A stretch of DNA of 64,000 bases, taken from IMG/VR virus record IMGVR_UViG_3300044971_004534. One strand, 5' to 3'. This stretch comes from a virus. The translations under genes were made by a program, and so were the position numbers. Of this stretch, positions 35,667 through 46,400 are shown piece by piece (within the stretch, counting starts at the first letter, position 1; every line of letters starts with the position of its first letter). The notes under the pieces were generated by a model, which saw only the letters and a list, made by a program, of their open reading frames with translations, had not been told where the DNA came from and made no database searches.

Positions 35667-38600
35667 TGGCTGGAAAAACAAAACATTTTGGTTTAGGATA
35701 CTTTGATTTTAAAGATAGACTTGATACATCTGTATCTGTCAAGCTGGAGCGTGATCGTTTTCTTACTATAGATGATCAGCTTTTTGGTTTATATAGTGTA
35801 TTTGGTAATGGTATTGTTCGAGGATTTAGAGTCACAAGATCTCAGAACGAATCTGGAATAAAGACTCTTTCTATTGAGCCAGGTGTGCTATTTTGCAGAA
35901 ATAGAAGTTTTGAAAGTGTGGAAACTAAAAGCTTAGAGAATTTACCTCCTAATGGCGAATTTTATGTATTTGCAGATATTTTTTCAACATCTTCTGGAGA
36001 CAAAGACTTAGTACTATATTATAGTAGATCTGGTACAGACTTAAATGCCATAAGACTTGCTAGAATAGAAACATTCAATGGTGATGTATCAAAAATAGAC
36101 TATTCTTATAGGCATGAAATATCTTTTAGAAGAATTATTGAAAATGAAGTTGCCAAGCACAAGCATAATGGCACAGTATCAAAGATAGATCTTTTGAGAG
36201 AAGTTAAAAACACTTTGCCAGGTGCTAGAGTGGGATCTTTGGACGCAAGTAAGGTTCAATACGGAACTTTTAAAAGAGAGCGTATTCCTCAGATAAATCA
36301 CAACAACTTAAAGAACAAGGGAATAGTGAGTCATGCTGGCTTAGAAACTTTAGCACGCAGTTTGCAAAATGTTAATAGACAATTACTTGGAGAAATATCT
36401 TCTGTTAATATGATGAAGCATTCTTTAATGTTAAAGAGAAAGTATCCATCCGACTCTGATGGTTCCGTAAACATGATTACATTTATTCCTGGGTTAGTTT
36501 CAAACTCAGCAATAGACTTTTCCAATAGTAGTGTTAATATAAATTTAAATGAGGGATGCATATCTGGTCGTAGAACTGGCGGTGGAAGACAGGTATCTAT
36601 TTATTACAATAATATTGAAGCTCTAGAGTCCTATTCGTTTATTAATAACTGCTCAATTACTGATGCTTTTGTTTATTTAAATAGTACTGTTAGTTCTTCT
36701 ACTGTTCAATTTACCGATAGTTTTGAAAATGCAACTGGTGCTGATCGTCCTTATCCAGGAACGACCGCTCAAGCTGTGTCTGTTGAAAATAAAATAGCAG
36801 TGAGAAGTGATGTTTATAATGTTGTAAGTGGACTGTTCTCTGCTCGTTTCACTTCGGGTAAAAAAGACAAGTCAGTTTATAAAAGAGAAGTAACTACTCA
36901 AAAGAACTGGACTAGTTTTAATAGATTATTTTTGTCTGTGAAGTGTTCTCAGTCTCCGCATCCTCCAGTTTTCTTTTACATGGTCAATGCAAATGCAGAC
37001 AATACAATAACAGAAAGCGAAAAAATACAGCTTTTAGCAGAGGATGAGGTTACTTCAAACGCTGCATTGTCAAATTTTAAATCTATAGAAATTGACATAA
37101 CAGACTATACAAAAAACAACATTACAGAACTTGTTTTTGAAGTTGCTGATGCAGCAACAGAATTCGCTTTTTATGTTGATGACATTAAGACATCTTCAGT
37201 TTCTACGACTGATGTTACTTATGTAGACTCTGGCTCTGTGAGATACAGATATTTGGCTCCAACTCAGGTAATATTGGAATCAATATCGTTTGAAACAGAA
37301 GAACTAGACAATACCTCTGTGCAGTGCAGGTTTAGAACTGGAAGTAGTATTGTTGAGCTGTTGAACGCAACATTCTCATCTCCAATATCTTCAAATGATC
37401 AAATTACCGTTCCTTGCAATGCAGTTGAGGTTGAGTTTACTTTGCGTACTAATCCAGAAAAAAGTGCTTCTCCTAAATTAAATAATTTAGTATTAGTATT
37501 GCTGATACAGGGCGGAGAGAGACGAATTGAGGTAAATGCTCTTTCTGAATGGCAGCAGGGAACGCGTGCAAATATAGAAATATTTTCAGAATCTGGAGAC
37601 GCTGATTATGGAATTAGAATAAGAAGTCCATTGGAAACAAAACATATTATATATTCTTCTAACAATTATGTGCAGCAAATTAAAAATGCCTTACCTGATG
37701 TTCCTCCGGCAGAATCAAATATAAGTGTATTCGGTTTTAATGGTGCAAACTTATTACAAAGTCCTCAACAAATCATGTCATCTACTGCAGGGAATCCTGC
37801 TGTTGGTCTTGATCAGGCCAGTAGTGTTTTTAGAATGGATAATCGCAATTATTTAATTTGTGATACCTATAATAACAGAGTGTTGGAAATTAACAGAGAA
37901 GGTCAACTTGTAAGGGGCTACGGTGGTTCTTACATCATTGAAAATGGATTGCAGGGTGATTTTATTCCGCTTTGCGCCAACTTTAATTCTGACAATAGAC
38001 TTCTTCAGATTGTCTTTGATAAAGACATAGAAAATAGATCTGATATCAGCATACAGTATATTACATTAGTAATAGGTCAGACTCAGATCACTCTTGGAGA
38101 TGTTGATGTTAATGTAAATGACAATGCTCCTAAAAATTGCATACAAGTACGATTGTCTTTGCAAAAAACTCAAATACTTAAAGATACAAGTACACCTATT
38201 TTTGTTAAACTGACACCAGCAGTAATTAAAAAAGAAAAGTTTAATTCTGATTCTGAAATATTTAGCATTGCATACGGGATCAGCGGTTTGCGTTTAACAA
38301 AACAAAAATTTACTTACACTAAGCAAGTTTTTCATCCCATATCTGCTATTGCTTATGATGATAATAACTGGATTATCGCAAATAGTTTAATTAGCTTTGA
38401 CCGCATAAGAGCTGGATTAAGAGAAGATATAGATGAATTCTTTATTCCCGTAAATGTAGAGGAAGAGTTCTTTATCATAGCTGAAGTTCCTCAAGATCTT
38501 GGTGGAGATGTCCGTGTTACATTCCTTAACGATCAGGCTGCATCTTCCACTAACAATGAAACTTACGAACCAGTTATAATTTTAAATGGTAATAATATTG

Positions 38601-39331
38601 CTTTTGATGGGACCGTAGAGGTAGTAACTCAAAGTAATTTTAGTGCTAAAGTTAAAGTTAAGCCAAACGCTCCTATGTTAGGTTTAGACTTTAGCTTTAT
38701 ATTTAGAGTATCTGTAAAGGTTTTAGACACTATCACAAATACATATGTACCTGTTGAGGGCTCTCCTTATCGCATAGAGAAGAGAATCCACGTCATAAAT
38801 CAGGCTACTGCTGAAGGATCTGAGCAAGCTCCAGATATGCCTTCTGTGATAAGAATGAATATACTGGATGGTCAGGTTGACTTTGCTTTTGGCAAAGTAG
38901 ATCAATTTACTTTTAGTGATTTTACTCTTGGCGGTCTTTACAAGCTTGAAGACGGAAATATACTTATGGGTGGTATTAAAAAGTTGCCTGCTGATTTGCA
39001 ATTCGACACAAATCCCCCCAATGACGATGGTTTTAGAGCACAGGCTTTTAATTTATTAAAATCCTACAGAGGTCAAGTTATAAAAATAAACCCAGATGAT
39101 AGCGCGGTGTCTTTCAACTATGAGAGTCCAGATGGTCTCTATGTCAGTGATTGTTCAATGACATCAACTAATGAGATTTTAATTGCAGAATCTTCTATCA
39201 TACAAAATTCTGGTAGGACGATAAAAATTGACGGATTCGGAAACATAAGTTTTAATTTATCTAATGGACAATTCAGTATTATCAATCATGCAAGAGAATC
39301 TGGAGAAAACAGTATCATCATCAGTACATGA
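35666..39331 (+). CDS. Giant tail fibre/baseplate protein (1221 aa) with NHL-like propeller repeats
   Basis: The NHL-repeat-like segment is FRMDNRNYLICDTYNNRVLEINREGQLVRGYGG (nt ~37830-37925). A similar C-terminal segment follows (LYVSDCS...ILIAESS...GRTIKIDGFGNISF). The tail role is positional. Confidence 0.45.
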   Translation: MAGKTKHFGLGYFDFKDRLDTSVSVKLERDRFLTIDDQLFGLYSVFGNGIVRGFRVTRSQNESGIKTLSIEPGVLFCRNRSFESVETKSLENLPPNGEFYVFADIFSTSSGDKDLVLYYSRSGTDLNAIRLARIETFNGDVSKIDYSYRHEISFRRIIENEVAKHKHNGTVSKIDLLREVKNTLPGARVGSLDASKVQYGTFKRERIPQINHNNLKNKGIVSHAGLETLARSLQNVNRQLLGEISSVNMMKHSLMLKRKYPSDSDGSVNMITFIPGLVSNSAIDFSNSSVNINLNEGCISGRRTGGGRQVSIYYNNIEALESYSFINNCSITDAFVYLNSTVSSSTVQFTDSFENATGADRPYPGTTAQAVSVENKIAVRSDVYNVVSGLFSARFTSGKKDKSVYKREVTTQKNWTSFNRLFLSVKCSQSPHPPVFFYMVNANADNTITESEKIQLLAEDEVTSNAALSNFKSIEIDITDYTKNNITELVFEVADAATEFAFYVDDIKTSSVSTTDVTYVDSGSVRYRYLAPTQVILESISFETEELDNTSVQCRFRTGSSIVELLNATFSSPISSNDQITVPCNAVEVEFTLRTNPEKSASPKLNNLVLVLLIQGGERRIEVNALSEWQQGTRANIEIFSESGDADYGIRIRSPLETKHIIYSSNNYVQQIKNALPDVPPAESNISVFGFNGANLLQSPQQIMSSTAGNPAVGLDQASSVFRMDNRNYLICDTYNNRVLEINREGQLVRGYGGSYIIENGLQGDFIPLCANFNSDNRLLQIVFDKDIENRSDISIQYITLVIGQTQITLGDVDVNVNDNAPKNCIQVRLSLQKTQILKDTSTPIFVKLTPAVIKKEKFNSDSEIFSIAYGISGLRLTKQKFTYTKQVFHPISAIAYDDNNWIIANSLISFDRIRAGLREDIDEFFIPVNVEEEFFIIAEVPQDLGGDVRVTFLNDQAASSTNNETYEPVIILNGNNIAFDGTVEVVTQSNFSAKVKVKPNAPMLGLDFSFIFRVSVKVLDTITNTYVPVEGSPYRIEKRIHVINQATAEGSEQAPDMPSVIRMNILDGQVDFAFGKVDQFTFSDFTLGGLYKLEDGNILMGGIKKLPADLQFDTNPPNDDGFRAQAFNLLKSYRGQVIKINPDDSAVSFNYESPDGLYVSDCSMTSTNEILIAESSIIQNSGRTIKIDGFGNISFNLSNGQFSIINHARESGENSIIIST

Positions 39332-40415
39332 TCATGTAGACTATCATTGTTTTTTGGCTCCTACTGGATATACTCAGGCTGCTATAGATAACATAAAATC
39401 TTTAGAGAAAGTCGGTATCAATGTATCACTTAAATGTGTGCATGGAAAAATGGTTGGTACAGGTTTCTCTAAAGAAGAAATTTATTGGTTGACAGAACTA
39501 TTAAAAAAACAAAATTATGCAGATTCTCCACAGTTATTGCACGCAATACCCCCACGTTGGAAAAGTATAAAATTAAAAAATAACAGAATAGCTTTATTCG
39601 TTTTTGAAAATTATGCTATGCCAAAAATGTGGCTTGATGATTTGAAAAAATGTAAAGCTGTTGTTGTTCCATCTAAATTTAATTACGATTCACTTGTTGC
39701 TAGTGGTCTCACTAATGTGCATCTTGTTCATCATTCTGTCGATTCAAGTATATGGAACTATGAAATGGTGACTCCAAGAAACGATGCCGCTGAATCTATC
39801 AAAATTATTACAATAGGAACGTGGCGTGAAAGAAAAAATTGGAAAAATATGCTTTTGGCCATTTCGTCTTTAGCGACATCTCATCCTAATTTAGTTTGGA
39901 CCTTGAAGGTTGACAAGACCGCAAGTGCATCCACTGATGTTAAAAAGTGGTTAAATGAAATTAATAAAATTAATTTATTTAATAAAAATATTATTATAGA
40001 TGGTCGTATATTGGACGAATACAGCATGGCTAGACTTGTGTGTGGAAATGACATACTATTAAGTGCTTCTTATGGGGAGGGTTTTGGTCTTCCAGCTTTG
40101 CAGGCATGTATGGCAGGTTTAGCAGTAGTTTGTCCGAATTATGGAGGTTATTGTGAGTTTTTTAATGAAAATTGTTATGTAGAGGTAAAGTCCAAGGGTC
40201 TTGCTAAAAGACTCGGCAAAATGGACGGTTTACCTCAATTTGATAATTTAGTATGGCCTTTATATGACAAGGATTCCATACTTGATGCCTTGTATTTATG
40301 TATAGGTAATTTGTCCAATCTTAAGGAATCTGCTCGTAAAGTGTCTAACGAATATTCTATAAAATTTAGTCACAACAATATTGGGCAATCTTTTTTAAAT
40401 GTTTTGAAAAAATAA
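39264..40415 (+). CDS. Glycosyltransferase, GT-B fold (GT4-like), embedded in the tail-fibre cluster
   Basis: The EX7E-type signature is LLSASYGEGFGLPALQACMAGLAVVCPNYGGYCEFF. The in-frame ATGs at 39264 and 39288 both lie inside the upstream ORF (stop at 39329-39331), so the overlap is 44-68 nt. Confidence 0.75.
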   Translation: MDNSVLSIMQENLEKTVSSSVHDHVDYHCFLAPTGYTQAAIDNIKSLEKVGINVSLKCVHGKMVGTGFSKEEIYWLTELLKKQNYADSPQLLHAIPPRWKSIKLKNNRIALFVFENYAMPKMWLDDLKKCKAVVVPSKFNYDSLVASGLTNVHLVHHSVDSSIWNYEMVTPRNDAAESIKIITIGTWRERKNWKNMLLAISSLATSHPNLVWTLKVDKTASASTDVKKWLNEINKINLFNKNIIIDGRILDEYSMARLVCGNDILLSASYGEGFGLPALQACMAGLAVVCPNYGGYCEFFNENCYVEVKSKGLAKRLGKMDGLPQFDNLVWPLYDKDSILDALYLCIGNLSNLKESARKVSNEYSIKFSHNNIGQSFLNVLKK

Positions 40416-40416
40416 G

Positions 40417-43400
40417 ATGCTATCACCAGTTATAAAAATAAACAAATTTGATTCTCACCTTAAGTCTATAGACGCTACACTGTCTAATCTTGACTATAAT
40501 AAGCGATATAAGATTGAATTTTCTAATCTTAATTTTGATAGTGTAAATGAAAGAGTTGAGATATCGTCTGGAACTTTTTCAGATATTAACAACGTTTCTG
40601 AAATCAAATTTTCTTATAAAATTAAATCTGACGAAGATAAATTTTTATATTGTCAAATATATGAATGGGACATTGATGGCTGGAAGTCTTCTCATATTGC
40701 AACGTCGGTCTTCAAAGAAGACGATGTTGTAGATAGTAAGTATATTACTGTTGATCCTATCTATGTTGGTCACAATGATAAAATTAACATATTAGTCAGT
40801 GCTAAACCTAATCATAAATATGACGTAATTGTTGGTAAAAATAGCTTTACAATTACTACTAATAATGTTGGTAAGTCTTCATTGCATATTAATGCAATCA
40901 ACGCAGTAGACTATAAAACATTCTCTCAAAAATTTGTTAAAAAGTATACTTGTAGTCTAATTGATTCTGAAAACAAGCAGTTGGTAGAGAACTCATTCTT
41001 TGAATTTGTTCCAGAGCATATGTACGCACTTGCTGCTACAAATGATCCAGACAGACCAAGTTGTGTAATCTTAGATCCAGATCCTGTAGCTGCTTTTTCA
41101 GTAGCGACTGAGCCTTTTGATTCTCCTTGTTTTGTGCAACCTTTAGTAGGTTCACTTTTTACTTCTGATGGAGCATCTTATGGCGATGTTTCTCGTCTTG
41201 ATCCAGATTATAAAAACTGTAATGACGGGTATGTTTCTTCGGCACTGTCTGTTGTAAATTCTTCTTGTAAAATATATAATAAGCCTAAATTTGTAAATTT
41301 AAATGTTTTTGACACAAACGCAAGAAAAAAGATAAAATCGCTTTATGCTTCCGGTGAAAATAAAATACCTGAAATTGTATTTTTTCATAGAAATATTGGA
41401 TTTGTTTACAGCGCTTGCGACGAGAATGCTTCTGATATAAATAACCCAATTGATCCTTGTTCTTTTTCTTCACAAGAAATTAAAAAAATACCAAGAATAT
41501 TTTTGGGGTGTACTACTGGCGCAAGCAAAATTAAAGTTCATAGTTTAGCAAGAGGTATTCTAAAAGCTCCGCCATCTTATTTTCATAGTGCTTTGATTGG
41601 AAAGAATGGAGCGGATGACGTAGAGATTTCTGATGGAGACATAGTAAATATAGTGTTTGACTTATCTAATGGTTCCAGGATATCTAAATCTTTAGAATAT
41701 AGTGACAGTACTCATGGCAATATATCTGCTTTCGTAGAAGCATTAGCTAGTGAAATATCCTCAGACTCAAATATAGTAAATGCAAATATTTCAGTGCGTC
41801 CTTATCCTGATCTCAAAAGAATTGACTTTACATCAGATACCAAGTTTATCATATTTGCTGGTCAGGTTAATTTTATAGATTCCAGCACTGGTGATTATAA
41901 AAAGAATAATAAAGTTTTAATTGTTAGAGATTCTAAATATACTTTTGATTTTGAAATTACAAACCCATCAGATTATGATGATATCAAAAATGTATTAAAT
42001 TCTGGTGGTACACATATGGTATTTTTGGATGGACAATTCAAGGGTTTAACTGTCTCTATTAACAAAACTGCAACTAGCGGGGTGATTACTCTAGACACAT
42101 GTCCTCGTGTTAGTGTTGAAAGGCGTGGATTGGGTGCTTTTATAGTGTCTGATGATATTTATTGTACTCATGTTGCTTTTATAAGTAAAGATAAATTAAT
42201 TGAAGACTCAAGTGGCACTGAATTTACTGCTTTACCATTTTTAAGAAATAATTTTAATGAAGTTATACCTTCATCTCACCCATGCATAACCGCTAACGGT
42301 CAAGTCTTGTGTCAAGGCTTGGTAGATGGTAAGTGGCAAATATTTGGATACTTTCCTGGCCTTACTGATTCTCCATGGCTGCAGCTTACTAGTAATGGAG
42401 AAAACAGAAATCCAAGTGCAGCATCTGATTCAGAAGGCAACATACACATTGCTTGGGAGACAGACAGGTTTGGCTACACCACAATTCAATATGGGTGTAT
42501 TGGCCCATCATCAAAATTAATCAATCGCTTAGCGCTGTCGGGATTGATTTCAAGACAAATTTCTGATGAATTGGTGTCAAAGATTTTTGATATTAATCCT
42601 ATTGGTGACGATGTAAATTTTATAGAATCTTCTTCTAATAATATAACTTTGTTACCAGAGATAGAGCTACGAAGTCTTGTCGCAGGAGCTGAAATTAGCG
42701 GTGGATCTTTCAGAATAGCTAGAGAGTTTACTGGTAATGTAAGAATAGATGATGATGAATTTTCTAATTTGGCACAGGTCCCAGCTTCATTCAATAAATT
42801 TGGAGCTATTAGATGGGCTGATGGCGCTCCTCCTGACTTTTACAACGGTTCTTATTGCACAAGTTATATAGTGCATTTTCAGCAAAACGGAACTGGTTCT
42901 GGCAGTACTGTATCAGCTAGCTTTTCTGCTTCTTTTAATGGGAAAATATTAAGAGTATTTTTAGGGCCTAATCAGATGTCTAGGTCTAATGAAGTATTTA
43001 GATCTACTGAAATAATATATCCTGCAGTTCAGTCTGGTGATCAAATCTCAAATTTTGTAATGAATGCAAGTGTTATTGATGGTGAAATAGAAATTTCTGG
43101 TGATGGAAAAACTTTAATATTCTCTATGAACTATAGGGATCTAGAACAAATAGGTCCTATGCAATTAAGAGTTTTGGTAGATGGTGTAAAGTCTCAAAAT
43201 TCAGTAGATCAGTCAAGTTGGAATCGAATATTTTCAAATAACGGAAAGGTTAGTGTTCCAGAAAATTCTCAGGTTTGTGTAGAGTGTTCTCCAAAATTTG
43301 ATTGCGCGATTGCTTCACTTTCTGTATATGAAAATGAAGCTGGAATACCTTTTGATGGACAGGAAAGGGAAATAAATCTTTCTGTGCATGCTGACTGCAG

Positions 43401-46400
43401 TATTGGCCCTCCAGGAAGCGACTATATAGTCCCTATTGGAGACACAACAAAGTCAATTTTTGAAAATCATATATCTCTTATAGAAAGAAGTGCTCCTCCT
43501 TTTGATTCTTTTAATGAGACAGTAATATGGTTAAAAGAATTTTCTGGAGAATCAGGTTTTTCGCAAGGTAAGCAATTTGCTTCAGAATATAGAAATTACA
43601 ATAATTATTTTATTGTAACTTTTGAAGATCAATCAAATAAATATTTTAATGGATTTACAAATACAGATCATATAACTTCTTTTACTTTGTCTTTATATTT
43701 TCAATCTGGCAGTTCTGCGTTGACTAAAGAAGTTGCTTTTGGCCAAGAGATTTTGTCCCTTTACGTATCACGGCTTGATTTGGAAAACACTGATATTACT
43801 TTAGGAAATGGAGCTGCTACTAGAGCTTACATTTTAGAAGATAGTGACATAAAAATACTCGTAAATAGTGCTAAAAATAAACTCACTTTCCAAATACCTC
43901 CAAATACTCAAGTAGACTTTACGGTGAGAGCTGTTGTGTCTTCTCAAAATTTTGTAAATCCATTTATAATAAAAGATCATAAAGAAATAGATTCATTATT
44001 TGTTAAATTTATCAATCAATTTACGCAACAAAATGATAATTCGTATTTATTTGATAACAATAAATTTTCAATTGGTAAAACTGAAAAAAGATATGACAAC
44101 CTCATTCCTTTGCTGGGAACTTTGAGATTTGATGATTTGAACATTAATGCTAATGCAATATCTGCAAATTTTGCTAATTTATCAACTATTCAGAATTCCG
44201 CAGAAGATATTGATTCGTTTTCGTGTGCAGATGTTTCTTCAATTAATACTTATGAGTTAATAGATCAGTTTAATATTGATGGAAGTGATAGTCATCTTGG
44301 TCATAGTTATGTGGGTATCATTCCTGAAAGAGTTTCTTTTATAGCAAAAAATAATGAGACATTAGATGAGTATTCAATAAGAACTGGATCTGTTGCTGGT
44401 TATAGAGAAGCCGTGATTAAGGATGTATACACGGGATATGCAAAAGCTTGTTTAATTATTAATGGAGCTTCTTCAGCGGGTAAGGCAACTTCTTTTGCTT
44501 TAGGAACAGTGTTTGTTATATCCGATTATGCCAACATTGACATATCGAGTAATTTTAAATTGCAGTTAGATGCTAATTATCTTCGTCTTGGCAAAACTGA
44601 TAAGCTTTTAATCAATAAATGGTCTCATATATCAAATGAAGCTTTTTATCAATCATCTGAATATAAATTAAATTATCATTTAATGTGTAACGTATTTGTT
44701 GATGATAGGCCGATATTGTCTCACAATGCTCAAGTAGATTTAAGTGATAAAAATAGACAATGGGATATTTGCTTTGGCTCTCCATTTGGTTCTTATCCTG
44801 TGTGCAGAAATGGAAACTCTAGTTTCTTAGATTTTATTTCTGCTACTAATTGGGAGCTTAACTTTAATAATATTAGAGTTGGCAGTCCACGCATGGTTAT
44901 AGCAAGTGGGGCTTCAGAAGTATCTTCCTACACATACTCTTCGCCTTCATTAGTAAAACCTGTTCCAAATTCTGATTCAAACACAAAAAATGAAATATTT
45001 TCAGAGTCGCTAATAGATCCTGGTGATTGGGTGTGTCTCGAAGATTCTAGTCTTCTTGTAGATCAGTGGTCTGCAGAGAGCGGTGGATGTGTCTATGTTG
45101 GAAGTTATGCTAAATCTGCTAGTGGATTTAGGTCTATATTGCTGGAGTCTTGTGTTCCATATAGTCAAGATATTATAAATCTTTCTTACAGGCTGTATCC
45201 GCAGATAAAAACAAGAAGAGGTAGAATATCGACTGGTAGTGGTGGAGGTCTGTCTCAAGTTACTGGAACCTTATATCCTAATGAGTCTCACAAAATTTAT
45301 ATTACAACAGGGCTAAGGCAGTTGCCTGAAAATTTGCCAAGACTAGTAAAAACCATACTTGTACAATGTGATGCAGATGTTTTTGCGTATAGACATCCTG
45401 TAGTTTCTGGAAGATTTGCAAGTTCTTTGTCTGCCCTAGATTACAAAACATTTAGATCCGATTTTATTCCGTCTTCCTCTAATTTTAACGTTAATATTAG
45501 AAACGTTTCAGATAATTTGAGTAGTTCTTTTGCTCACTTTTACATTAGTTACAACGGAACTGGATGGATAGATAATTTTACGGGTCCAATTGACCACACA
45601 AACGGAAGTACATATGGAGATTCAGTATTTTATATTGATCAAGATGGAGTTCTTGGTCTTTATAGAGGCTACAATTTAAGTGGAGGAATCAGTTCAGAAG
45701 CTAATCTGCTCAATCCTGATGATCCTTTGAAGATAGTTGCAGTTGATTCTTCTTTACATTTTAATACCACTGTAAATCAAAATGATTCTGCTATTGCTGT
45801 AACATCTGACGGCGATCTGGTCACTTTTACTTATGATGGTTCTGAAACTGATATACCTTCTTTTATGTATCAGGCCAACTTGCCAGCAGATTCTAATTAT
45901 GTTAATGTTTCAATTGGATGGACTCACGGTTGTGCATTAAAGAAAGATGGCACTGTTACATGCTGGGGTGATGACACTTATGGTCAGGTTAGCGGGCAGC
46001 CATCGGGTGTAAAATTTGTTCAAATAAAAGCTGGTAAATATTTTACTGTGGGCTTAAAAGAGAATGGAGAAATTGCTGTTTGGGGTAGAGATAATCATAA
46101 TCAAGTAACAAATAAGCCATCTGGAAAGTTCGTAAAGATAGATGCTGGTTCTGATCATGCAGTTGCAATAGGATTTGATGGCTATCCTGTGTCCTGGGGC
46201 AAGAATGTAGGTATTGCATATAGTGCTTCTATAAGGATTACAGATCCACAAACAAAATTAATTGACGTTGCTGCATGTGGTGGCGATGTTTATAATTTGA
46301 ACACATATGCATCTAGCACTCCTGGATCTTCTGTTTTAACTACTACAAATCCATTTAATGTTGGCATTGACGTTAATGGAAACGTCGTTGCTTGGGGGCC

